The notes beneath the pieces are model-generated. The model ran no database searches. It was not told the DNA's origin and was given only the letters and a program-made list of their open reading frames with translations. Below, one piece after another: positions 17,177 to 27,366 of a stretch of 64,000 nucleotides of DNA. The translations under genes were made by a program, and so were the position numbers. How positions within the stretch are numbered: position 1 is the first letter of the stretch; each line of letters starts with the position of its first letter. The DNA is from Acidimicrobiales bacterium (GTDB taxonomy: Bacteria; Actinomycetota; Acidimicrobiia; Acidimicrobiales; Ilumatobacteraceae): positions 51,698-115,697 of the forward strand of contig JBBQEU010000001.1 in NCBI GenBank assembly GCA_038321235.1, read 5' to 3'.

Positions 17177-18985
17177 GTGGCCATCATTCGCCCGTCAATC
17201 GATCAAGTCGACGAACTCCAGGAACCACTCGACAACGCCGAGCGGGCCGTGTTCGATGCGTTCGCCGAACTGGGCGATGACTGGACGATCTACGTCCAGC
17301 CGAAGGTCGGCCAGGACGTCCCTGATCTCGTCCTCGTCCATGATGTGCGAGGTGTGATCACCGTGGACGTGGTCGACTGGCGTGCCACCGATCACCGACG
17401 TTCCGATCGCGGTGACGTCGAGGTGCTGGGTGCCGACGGCACGTGGCGACCGAGCGCGCAGCAGCCGCTCGCGTTGGCCCGCCGTCATCGCAGCACGGTG
17501 TACGAACAGTTCTTCGCGTTCCCCGGCGACGCCCGCGCCCCGGGCGGTGCCGTCCGATCGGTCGTGATGCTCCCGTGGTGTTCGGCTGCCGAGGCTGGAG
17601 CGCTCCTCACGTCCGGTTCGGGCGATCCGGCCAACGCCGTGCTCGTGTGGTCTGGCGACGACCTCACCGGACGATTGCCGTTCCTGGTCGACGGACCCGG
17701 CACCGTTCCGGCCTCTGTAGCGTCGATCGAGCGGCTGCGTCGTGAACTCGTGGTCGACGGAATGATGTACGACGCCGGCGCTCCAGTGCAGTTGAGTGAC
17801 AACGCTCGTCTGGTGGCGGCCAACCCCAGCCGTGCCCACGTTCGCGGGGTCTCCGGCACCGCAGGCAGCGGGAAGTCGTTCGCGCTCACCGCGCGTGCGG
17901 CACACCTGGCTGCTGAGGGCAGGAGCGTGCTGGTGCTGTGCTTCAATCTGACGTTGGCGAATCACCTGCGCCGACTCGTGGTCGAGCGGTGCGCCGAATA
18001 CGGGGCGAACCCGGCCGGCGTGACGTGCACGAGCTTCCACACGTTCTGCTCGCGGGTGGTCGACGACGCCGCCCAGGCCGGCATCGTCGCCAACGAGCCC
18101 GCCCGCGGAACGTGGCCGGTCAAGATCGTGATGAAGACTCGTGAGGTGTTCGAGGCGGGGTTCGGTCGCCGGTTCGACGCCGTCCTGGTCGACGAGGGCC
18201 AGGACTTCACGGTCGAGTGGTGGAACCTGTTGCGCGAACACGTCGTGCACCCAGGCGGGGAGATGCTGCTCGTGGCCGATGCGACGGTCGATCTGTACGG
18301 CAAATCGACGTGGGACGACCCGGATGCCCTCGCCGCTGCCGGTTTCACCGAGCCCTGGATCCGGATGACGAGTTCGTATCGGATGGCGCCGGATCTGGTC
18401 CGTTCGACGAACGAGTTCGCGAGGTCGTTCATCGCCGACGACGCGGTGGTGCCGGAGATCGCCGACGACCAGGCCGTCGTCGTCGGGCACGTGTCGAGTG
18501 CGATCCGATCGTGGTGCAACGTCGAACGTGTCGCCGATCTCGGTGTCGCTGTCGGTCGAGAGGTCGTGCGACTGTTGCGAGAGCATCCTGATCTGTCGCC
18601 GCGCGACATCGTGTACCTGTGCGAGTACCACCATGACGGGCTGGAGGCCGCCGGCGAGATCGAGGCGGCGGGCTACCCGGTCCATCACGTCTACAGCCGT
18701 GATCCCGACGAACGCCATCGCCGCAAGGGTCGGTTCTGGCCTGATGCCGATGCCGTGAAGGGGTGCACCGTGCACAGCTACAAGGGCTGGGACAGCGCAG
18801 CGGTCGTCGTCGGTGTCGCGATGGAGGAACGCTCGCGGCGCCTGGCGTACGCGTCGATGACCCGGGTGTCGTCGACGGTGCCCGGCTGTGACACGTCGTA
18901 TCTCGCCGTGGTGAATGCGGATCCTCGGATGGCCGACTTCCAGCCCACGTTCGAACTGGACGCGGTGCTGGCCCTCGAGTCCTGA
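17177..18985 (+). CDS. NERD-like (PD-(D/E)xK-type) N-terminal domain fused to a UvrD/Rep-like SF1 helicase/ATPase
   Basis: 602 aa from GTG 17177, with GGAGA 6 nt upstream. The N-terminal AERAVFDAF ... PDLVLVHDVRGVITVDVVDW resembles the NERD core. Walker A is VSGTAGSGKSF, Walker B VLVDEGQDF, and the C-terminal helicase motif CTVHSYKGWD. Confidence 0.75.
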   Translation: MAIIRPSIDQVDELQEPLDNAERAVFDAFAELGDDWTIYVQPKVGQDVPDLVLVHDVRGVITVDVVDWRATDHRRSDRGDVEVLGADGTWRPSAQQPLALARRHRSTVYEQFFAFPGDARAPGGAVRSVVMLPWCSAAEAGALLTSGSGDPANAVLVWSGDDLTGRLPFLVDGPGTVPASVASIERLRRELVVDGMMYDAGAPVQLSDNARLVAANPSRAHVRGVSGTAGSGKSFALTARAAHLAAEGRSVLVLCFNLTLANHLRRLVVERCAEYGANPAGVTCTSFHTFCSRVVDDAAQAGIVANEPARGTWPVKIVMKTREVFEAGFGRRFDAVLVDEGQDFTVEWWNLLREHVVHPGGEMLLVADATVDLYGKSTWDDPDALAAAGFTEPWIRMTSSYRMAPDLVRSTNEFARSFIADDAVVPEIADDQAVVVGHVSSAIRSWCNVERVADLGVAVGREVVRLLREHPDLSPRDIVYLCEYHHDGLEAAGEIEAAGYPVHHVYSRDPDERHRRKGRFWPDADAVKGCTVHSYKGWDSAAVVVGVAMEERSRRLAYASMTRVSSTVPGCDTSYLAVVNADPRMADFQPTFELDAVLALES

Positions 18986-19005
18986 CGGCGCTACGGTCGC
19001 CGGTC

Positions 19006-19284
19006 GTGGACTTCGCCGAGTTGCAGGATGTGATCGAACGCACCTACGGCGATCGCGATCGCGAGCGTGGGGTGTCGGCCAGCGTGGCGTGGCTCACCGA
19101 GGAGATCGGCGAGCTGGCGCAGGCTGTCCGCAAGGGGACCCACGAGGATCGGGTACACGAGTTCGGTGACGTGGTCGCATGGGTGGCCACGCTCGCCAAT
19201 CAGCAGGGTGTCGACCTGAACCAAGCCATCCAACGATTCGCGCACGGGTGCCCCAAGTGCGACTCCATTCCCTGCACCTGCTGA
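19006..19284 (+). CDS. small MazG-type (all-alpha) nucleoside triphosphate pyrophosphohydrolase
   Basis: 92 aa with a GTG start 20 nt after the helicase stop. WLTEEIGELAQAV ... HEFGDVVAWVATLA fits the MazG EExxE / ExxD metal-binding helices. The tail is an unusual Cys cluster, GCPKCDSIPCTC. Confidence 0.65.
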   Translation: MDFAELQDVIERTYGDRDRERGVSASVAWLTEEIGELAQAVRKGTHEDRVHEFGDVVAWVATLANQQGVDLNQAIQRFAHGCPKCDSIPCTC

Positions 19285-19303
19285 TGCGCACTTGATTCGA
19301 AAT

Positions 19304-19351
19304 GTCCCTCGATCGTGACGGTGAGCGTCAGGATCCAGGGGCATTTCGGGT
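19304..19351. repeat. 48-bp direct repeat copy R1, containing the 10-5-10 palindrome GATCGTGACG-gtgag-CGTCAGGATC (19311-19335)
   Basis: Hand alignment to 20588-20635 gives 42/48 identical positions, 35/37 over the left part. R1 covers the last 8 codons and the stop of the GntR gene and lies 20 nt after the MazG-like stop. Confidence 0.8.
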
Positions 19352-19714
19352 TGATGCCGCTCGCAGAGCGTGGATCAGTTCGTCCAGGCTCGGAGCGAGC
19401 GTGGACAGTTCGGCCATGTAGCGCTGCGTCGCTTCCTCGATCAATGCCGACCGATCGTCGGCCCGATTCGATCCGGCCGCAACGAACGTGCCTCGGCGTC
19501 CGTCTCCGGTGGCCAGTTCATCTGCTTCGAGTTCGCGGTAGGCCCGAGCGACGGTGTTGTTGGCGAGCCCGAGGTCGCGTGCGAGCTGCCTGACCGTGGG
19601 CAGGCGGTCACCTGCTCGCAGAGCGCCGGCGCGAACCTGGAATGCCAGCTGACTCCGGAGTTGCTCGTACGGAGGCACCGTCGACTCGTGGTCGATCGTG
19701 ACGGCGGCGGTCAT
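19328..19714 (-). CDS. GntR-family transcriptional regulator, short YtrA-like subfamily
   Basis: 128 aa. Winged-HTH signature PPYEQLRSQLAFQVRAGALRAGDRLPTVRQLARDLGLANNTVARAYRELE with only a short C-terminal region. The ATG overlaps the stop of the upstream membrane-protein gene (ATGA at 19711-19714). The 272-aa track ORF extension was rejected. Confidence 0.8.
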   Translation of the reverse strand: MTAAVTIDHESTVPPYEQLRSQLAFQVRAGALRAGDRLPTVRQLARDLGLANNTVARAYRELEADELATGDGRRGTFVAAGSNRADDRSALIEEATQRYMAELSTLAPSLDELIHALRAASTRNAPGS

Positions 19715-20535
19715 GCCCGCTGCAGACGGGCCTGATCGACGTTCCATCGATCGGTGGCGGCGAGGCTGTACCACACGCCGATCACGGCGTAGCTGGCGAG
19801 TGCGAACACGACGCCGGCGAGACCGCCGAATGCTGCCGTCAAGGCAGCGGACGTTGCGACTCCCGCCATCGCGAAGGAGGCACCGACGATGTGGTGCACG
19901 CCGTCGGCTCGCAGGGCGTCGTCGACACGCAGGTCGTGTCGGCTGTCGGCGAGGGTCGGTCGGTTGACGGCGACGTGGATGCCGATGGTCATCGCGGCGA
20001 TCGCCAGCGCACTTGCTGCCGGGCCGACCCAGAGCCAGCCACCCGCGCCGATGTTGCGCTCGGTGGCGACGATCGCAGCTGCCAGTGAGATCGGTAGGGA
20101 TCCGCCGATGCAACGCACCCACAGCGTTGGCACGAAGTCGGACCAACGGCGTTCGACCAATCCCGCCGTGCGCCGGTGGCGACGCCGTGGGTGCACGAAC
20201 AGGAGTTCGGCCGCAACCGACCCGAGGGCCGCCGCGATGAACGGCGCCTGCGCGGTCAGGGCGTTCGCGAAATCACCCGCTCGCTCGACGTCGATCACGT
20301 TCATGTACATCGGCAGGCTTCCGACGTTGACGCCCGCGACGAACGCAGTCCATCGGATCGAACGCGCGCGGCGGAGCTGCCGGCGGATCGTCGCCGCGGA
20401 GCTGTCGGAGACCAACACGTTGAACCGGATCGACCACTGGGTCAATCTTTGGTCGGAGATCGGCCTGGCGCCCGCAACAATGACGAGCAGCGAGGCGCTC
20501 CAGAGCACGATGAGAAAGAGCCAGTTGCCCGTCAC
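19711..20535 (-). CDS. hypothetical polytopic membrane protein, co-transcribed with the GntR regulator
   Basis: 274 aa with a GTG start and about 6 hydrophobic segments (LFLIVLWSASLLVIVAG, FVAGVNVGSLPMYM, PFIAAALGSVAAELLFV, LPISLAAAIVA, LAIAAMTIGIHVAV, LAGVVFALASYAVIGVWY). I recognise no family. Confidence 0.6.
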   Translation of the reverse strand: MTGNWLFLIVLWSASLLVIVAGARPISDQRLTQWSIRFNVLVSDSSAATIRRQLRRARSIRWTAFVAGVNVGSLPMYMNVIDVERAGDFANALTAQAPFIAAALGSVAAELLFVHPRRRHRRTAGLVERRWSDFVPTLWVRCIGGSLPISLAAAIVATERNIGAGGWLWVGPAASALAIAAMTIGIHVAVNRPTLADSRHDLRVDDALRADGVHHIVGASFAMAGVATSAALTAAFGGLAGVVFALASYAVIGVWYSLAATDRWNVDQARLQRA

Positions 20536-20541
20536 GTTTCG

Positions 20542-20570
20542 ATTGTCTCAATAACCTGATACAAAATCAA
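20542..20570 (-). promoter_or_regulatory. putative sigma70-type promoter giving a leaderless or near-leaderless transcript of the membrane-protein/GntR operon
   Basis: An AT-rich island in otherwise GC-rich DNA. The minus strand reads TTGATT - 17 nt - GACAAT - 6 nt - GTG (start codon at 20535). Confidence 0.35.
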
Positions 20571-20587
20571 GCGGTTGCTCTCGACAC

Positions 20588-20633
20588 GTCCCCCGATCGT
20601 GACGGTGAGCGTCAAGATCCAGGGATATTTCGG

Positions 20634-20635
<2 letters not shown>
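20588..20635. repeat. 48-bp direct repeat copy R2, containing the palindrome GATCGTGACG-gtgag-CGTCAAGATC (20595-20619)
   Basis: Same orientation as R1, 1284 bp away. R2 abuts the asd stop codon (20634-20636) and lies upstream of the putative cassette promoter. Confidence 0.8.
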
Positions 20636-22576
<1,941 letters not shown>

Positions 22577-22604
<28 letters not shown>

Positions 22605-23869
22605 TCGTCGGGCGGGGCGCTCGGTCGCAGCGCCACCTGGGTGATGCGGTGACGTCCGACGCTGCGGATCGTGATGTGCCAGCCGTCGAAGTCGATCGTC
22701 TCGCCGGGCGTCGGGAAGCGGTTCAGCTCGTCGAGCACGAGGCCGGCGATGGTGGTGTAGTCGCCGTCGGGTAGCTCGACATCGAGGTCGACGAGATCGT
22801 GCACCGGGAAGGTGCCGGGCAACACGATCGTGCCGTCGGCTTCACGGACCACGGTGTTGAGGTCGGGGTCGGTCTCGTCCCAGATCTCGCCGACCAGTTC
22901 CTCGACGAGGTCCTCGACGGTGACGATGCCGATCGTCCGGGCGTATTCGTCGACGACCAGAGCCATCTGGGTACGGCGCGTCTGGAACTCACGGAGCGCG
23001 GTGAGCACCCGAGCGGCGTCAGGGAACACGGGAATGTCCCACATCACCGAGGTGACCGGTTCGTCGCCGCGGCCGAGCAGGCTCCGGAGTCGGACCATCC
23101 CGACCGATCGGTCGAGGTTGCGCTTCTCTGCGACCGGTGCTCGGGAGTGTCCGGTCTCGACGAGCAGCGCGAGGGCTTCGATGCAGCTCGAGTCGGCGTC
23201 GATCACGACCACGTCGTTGCGCGGCACCATCACCTCGTCGAGGGTGCGTTCAGCGATCTCGAAGGCGCCGTCGATGATCTGACGCTGTTCTGGGGGGAAG
23301 GTTTCGTGGATGGCGACCATGTCGCGGAGTTCGTCGCCGGTGACCTCTTCACGTTGTCGGTCTGGATCGCCGCCGAGAACGCGTACGGCGATGTTGGTCG
23401 ACTTGGAGAGCAGCCAGACGATTGGCTTGGTGAGCGTCGACAGCACGTCGAGCGGACGCGCCATGACCATGCCCCACTTCTCGGCACGCTGCATGGCGAT
23501 CCGCTTCGGTGCGAGTTCGCCGAACACCAGCGTGAAGTACGCAAGGATCAGCGTGACGACGATCACCGACACGGGACCTGCCGCGCCACCGAGGAAGCCG
23601 AGCGGCGCTTCGAGCGGCTCGGCGAGCGACACCGCGGCCGCAGCAGACGCCAGGAACCCGGCGAGTGTGATTCCGATCTGGATCGTCGCGAGGAACTGGT
23701 TGGGCTGGCGGGCGAGGCGGGCGAGCACGGCGCCGGTGGCGGAACTCTCCTCGAGCCGCTGGAGCTGACTCTCGCGTAGCGACACCAGAGCGAGTTCGGT
23801 CCCGGCAAACGCCGCGTTGACCAGCACGAGGACAGCGACGAGGAGCAGTTGAGGCCAGACGTCACCCAT
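22577..23869 (-). CDS. CNNM/DUF21-CBS-CorC_HlyC family transporter-associated (hemolysin-family) protein
   Basis: N-terminal DUF21 membrane domain (LLLVAVLVLVNAAFAGTELALVSL), a CBS pair (VMVPRNDVVVID ... GHSRAPV ... MALVVDEYARTIGIVTVEDLVEELVGEI) and a C-terminal CorC_HlyC region. I chose ATG 23869; the track start 23884 is TTG. Confidence 0.85.
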
Positions 23870-23902
23870 GTGGATGACATTCAATCGCGCCAGACCGCCG
23901 AC

Positions 23903-23935
23903 TGTTACTCATGGTGTCAGACACCAGGAGTAACA
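23903..23935. repeat. palindromic element, family 2 (TGTTACTCATGGTGTC-A-GACACCAGGAGTAACA); probable ask terminator
   Basis: 15/16 arm complementarity. It lies 11 nt after the ask stop and 34 nt before the CNNM start. A near-identical palindrome occurs at 61411-61445. Confidence 0.7.
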
Positions 23936-23945
23936 CCCACGCGTT

Positions 23946-25196
23946 CTACTTGCGTTCGGGGAGCGGCGCGGAATAGTCGACGCCGGAGTCGAGTCCGAAC
24001 GCTGTGTGCAGCGCACGTGCGGCGCGCTCCATGTCGCCGGCCGAGCACACCACCGACACCCGGATCGTCGACGTCGAGATCATCTGGATGTTGACGCCCT
24101 CGTCGGCGAGCACCCGGAACATCTTGGCGGCGATCCCGGGCGCCGACTTCATGCCGGCACCGACCAGCGACACCTTGGAGATGTCGTTGTCGTGCGACAC
24201 GCCCGTGGCGCCGATCTCGGCAGCCACTCGCGACACGATCTGTTCGGCGTCGCCCATGTCGGCCTTCGGCATCGTGAAGCTGATGTCGGTGGTGCCCTGG
24301 GTGGAGGTGTTCTGCACGATCATGTCGACGTTGACGTTGGCGTCAGCGAGCGGCTCGAACAGCGCAGCCGAGATGCCGGGCCGGTCTGGCACACCGAACA
24401 CGGTGACCTTCGCTTCGGACATGTCGGTGACGACACCGGAGATGATCGGATCTTCCATGGAAGCCTCCTCGTTGGTGACCCACGTGCCGGGTTCCCAGGT
24501 GAATGCGGAACGGACGTGGAGTGGTACGTCGTGATTGCGGGCGAACTCGACCGAGCGCAGCGCCAACACCTTGGAACCGGCGCCGGCCATCTCGAGCATC
24601 TCGTCGAAGTGGACCTTCGTGAGTTTCCGCGCCTGGGGCACGATGCGCGGGTCGGCGGTGAACACGCCGGTGACGTCGGTGTAGATCTCGCAGGCGTCGG
24701 CACCCATTGCCTGGGCGAGCGCCGACGCGGTCAGGTCGGACGCGCCGCGACCCATGGTGGTGACCTCCTTGGCGGTGCTCACGCCCTGGAAGCCGGCGAT
24801 GACGCAGACCTTGCCCTCGCCCAACGACTGTCGAACGCGGTCGCCCTTCACCTCGATGATCTTGGCCTTGCGGTGGGCGGTGTCGGTGATGATGCCGACC
24901 TGGCTGCCGGTGAAGCTGATGGCGTCGATGCCACGGTCGGCGAGTGCCATGGTCATCAGCGCAGCGGTGACCCGTTCGCCGGTGGTGAGGAGCATGTCCA
25001 TCTCGCGCCCAGGTTGGGTGCGCGAGACCGAGTTGGCGAGGGCGATCAGGTTGTCGGTGGCCTTACCCATCGCCGACACGACCACGATCACGTCGTTGCC
25101 GCGCTTCTTCGTGAATGCGACGTTGTCGGCGACCGCGTTGATGCGGTCGGGGTCGGCGACGGAGGTGCCGCCGTACTTCTGGACGATCAGTGCCAC
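23946..25196 (-). CDS. ask: aspartate kinase
   Basis: 416 aa with a GTG start. (M/V)ALIVQKYGGTSV, VVVVSAMGKATDNL and C-terminal ACT-domain repeats. The internal MEDPIISGVVTD resembles the in-frame start of the beta (regulatory) subunit known from corynebacterial lysC. Confidence 0.9.
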   Translation of the reverse strand: MALIVQKYGGTSVADPDRINAVADNVAFTKKRGNDVIVVVSAMGKATDNLIALANSVSRTQPGREMDMLLTTGERVTAALMTMALADRGIDAISFTGSQVGIITDTAHRKAKIIEVKGDRVRQSLGEGKVCVIAGFQGVSTAKEVTTMGRGASDLTASALAQAMGADACEIYTDVTGVFTADPRIVPQARKLTKVHFDEMLEMAGAGSKVLALRSVEFARNHDVPLHVRSAFTWEPGTWVTNEEASMEDPIISGVVTDMSEAKVTVFGVPDRPGISAALFEPLADANVNVDMIVQNTSTQGTTDISFTMPKADMGDAEQIVSRVAAEIGATGVSHDNDISKVSLVGAGMKSAPGIAAKMFRVLADEGVNIQMISTSTIRVSVVCSAGDMERAARALHTAFGLDSGVDYSAPLPERK

Positions 25197-25238
25197 GAGT
25201 CCGAGAGGCTACAAGCCTCCGTGCTGCCCGCCCCGTCC

Positions 25239-25289
25239 CGTTCTCGTGAACAAACAGCGCACCTGGGCCGCACATGGTTCACGAGAACG
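25239..25289. promoter_or_regulatory. perfect 13-bp inverted repeat CGTTCTCGTGAAC - 25 nt - GTTCACGAGAACG in the ask / MhuD-like divergent intergenic region
   Basis: Read directly; the arms are at 25239-25251 and 25277-25289. Each arm is itself a GTTC-N4-GAAC quasi-palindrome. Confidence 0.5.
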
Positions 25290-25334
25290 CTGGCGCGCGG
25301 TGCGCTGGAGTCTGAACGGCGGCATCCTGGAGCC

Positions 25335-25682
25335 ATGAGCGTCGTCAAGATCAATGCCATCACGATCCCCGAGGGCATGGGCCCGCAGCTCGAAGGTCGC
25401 TTCGCCGGGCGGGCAAAGATGGTCGAGCAATTCGATGGGTTCGAGGACTTCCAGCTCCTGCGCCCGACCGAAGGCGAGGATCGCTACTTCGTCTACACCC
25501 GTTGGGCCTCCGAGGAGCACTTCCAGGTCTGGATGAACAGCCAGGACTTCGCCCACGGCCACGCCAGCGGCCAGGCCGACGCCAACCAGCCCGTCGAGGG
25601 TGAGGCCCCCCGAAAGCCGGTCGCGCAGGGCGCCGACCTCATGAGCTTCGACGTCGTCGAACACGTCGTCAAAGGCGCCTGA
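25335..25682 (+). CDS. antibiotic-biosynthesis-monooxygenase (ABM) fold protein, MhuD/IsdG-like heme-degrading monooxygenase candidate
   Basis: 115 aa. MSVVKINAITIPEGMGPQLEGRFAGRAKMVEQFDGFEDFQLLRP ... RYFVYTRWASEEHFQVW closely follows the mycobacterial MhuD pattern as I remember it. It is the only credible part of the 558-aa track ORF. Confidence 0.75.
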   Translation: MSVVKINAITIPEGMGPQLEGRFAGRAKMVEQFDGFEDFQLLRPTEGEDRYFVYTRWASEEHFQVWMNSQDFAHGHASGQADANQPVEGEAPRKPVAQGADLMSFDVVEHVVKGA

Positions 25683-25754
25683 GCCGGCGGGCCGGGCGGT
25701 CAGCATGCCCACCACGCGCGTTTGACGACGTCGGTGCGAGGTGAATCTCGGAGC

Positions 25755-27281
25755 ATGGTGTCAGCCGCGTCACGTGAGTCGTTCGTGCCGCGCCTGTTGG
25801 CGGGCCGCGGATCGCCGAGAGATCTGTGCGAGCAATTCCTGTTGTCCCGAACCGTCGATCTGCCCGACGGATGGTCATCGCTCACCCTCTGTTCGTGGAC
25901 GCTCGCGCATCACCCCACGGCGTCGGTCATCTCGATCGACGACGATCATGGCCTGCAGGTCGGCTGGCTACTCGGCTATCCGATCACGCCTGACGGCGAA
26001 CTTTTGACCACGGGTGGGCACATCACGTTGCCGACGGGCATCCAGCCGGACGATTTCGTCGGCGGCCTCGGTGGACGATTTCTCGCGATCTTCGTGAACA
26101 CCGACACGCCGTCGATTCACCCCGACGCCTGCGGCACGTACTCGTCGATCTACTGTCCCGCCCTCCAGACCGCCGCCTCCACTCCCGGTCTGATCCCCTA
26201 TGACACCACGACGACCGACCGGACCGAGTTGATCGAGCAACTCGGCGTCCCGTGGACGAACTCGATGTACCCGGTCGGACTCACCCCGCGGCACGGCATC
26301 CACCGGTTGCTCCCTCACCATCACCTCGACCTCGATCGGTGGGTGATGACCCGAGATGGGCCCGACTGGCGCCAACACGGGACCACCTCCGTCGAGGAAG
26401 CCGCGCGAGACATCGCGCGAATCACCACGCGGAACATCGGCGCGATCCTCGAGCACTTCCCGTGCTACCTCCCACTGACGGCCGGTCGCGACTCGCGGAT
26501 GCTGCTGGCGTGCGCCCGGCAGTGGGCGTCCGATCTCGAGCTGTACACGCTCGATTTCCCTGGTCTCGCCAGCGCCAACGACAGCTACGTCGCCGCGCAG
26601 ATGGCCCGCCGACTCGACCTGGAGCACCGCCGTGTGCCGATGCGAATTGCGGACGACACCGACCTCGAGAGGTGGATGTATCGCATCTCGTGCAGCGTCG
26701 GTGAACCACGTGGCTGGCAGGCCACCGCTGCGCACCGCACGCTCGACCGAAACCGGGTCCGCCTGGGCGGCAACATCGGTGACATCGCACGACGTGGCTA
26801 CCGCACGCCCGAGGACGAACCGGACAGCGTGATCACCCCCGATCGCCTTGTCGTCCATGCGCTCCGCCATCGCGGGACACTGATGCCCGGACAGGCGGCC
26901 GCAGCCGAATCACCCGTCATCCGCGAACAACTCGAGCACTGGATCGAGCACGCCGGGACGACCGATGCGCTGCAACTCCTCGACATGTTCTACCTCGAGA
27001 ACCGAATCGGCAGCTGGGCCGGAGTCTTTCCGTATGCGGAGTACCGCGGACCCGGATTCACCATCTTCCCGATGTGCCACCGCGAGGTGGTGTCGAAGAT
27101 GATCGAGGTTCCGCAGCATGTCCGCCAAGACGGGAGCCTGCTCGTCGAGGTGACTCGACAGACCTGGCCCGAGCTGTTGGCATGGCCGTACAACACGCCG
27201 ACACGGCACGTGCGCATCCGTGAACTCCCGCGCCGGGTGAGAAATCGGCTGAGTGCCGCTGGCGCATCTCGCCTCCGATGA
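25755..27281 (+). CDS. asparagine-synthetase-like (PP-loop ATP pyrophosphatase superfamily) protein of unknown function
   Basis: 508 aa from ATG 25755. The degenerate PP-loop LPLTAGRDSRMLLA aligns with the SGGxDS motif. The N-terminal half has an AsnB-like beta-sandwich feel (GRFLAIFVNTD ... DACGTYSSIY) but no N-terminal Cys nucleophile. FYLENRIGSW lies in the C-terminal part. Confidence 0.5.
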   Translation: MVSAASRESFVPRLLAGRGSPRDLCEQFLLSRTVDLPDGWSSLTLCSWTLAHHPTASVISIDDDHGLQVGWLLGYPITPDGELLTTGGHITLPTGIQPDDFVGGLGGRFLAIFVNTDTPSIHPDACGTYSSIYCPALQTAASTPGLIPYDTTTTDRTELIEQLGVPWTNSMYPVGLTPRHGIHRLLPHHHLDLDRWVMTRDGPDWRQHGTTSVEEAARDIARITTRNIGAILEHFPCYLPLTAGRDSRMLLACARQWASDLELYTLDFPGLASANDSYVAAQMARRLDLEHRRVPMRIADDTDLERWMYRISCSVGEPRGWQATAAHRTLDRNRVRLGGNIGDIARRGYRTPEDEPDSVITPDRLVVHALRHRGTLMPGQAAAAESPVIREQLEHWIEHAGTTDALQLLDMFYLENRIGSWAGVFPYAEYRGPGFTIFPMCHREVVSKMIEVPQHVRQDGSLLVEVTRQTWPELLAWPYNTPTRHVRIRELPRRVRNRLSAAGASRLR

Positions 27282-27366
27282 GCAGGGCCCGGTACACGCA
27301 ACACTGAGTGCGCGCTGCAACCGAGATGAGTGATTCCCGGACGTGGGGGCGATGGTCGAAGGAGTC

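Noticed and set aside
25197-25334. A lysine riboswitch (L-box) or other known riboswitch upstream of ask.
   Set aside because: The leader is short and I cannot recognise the conserved L-box helices or motifs. Only the 13-bp inverted repeat is evident, and that is reported separately as an unknown element.
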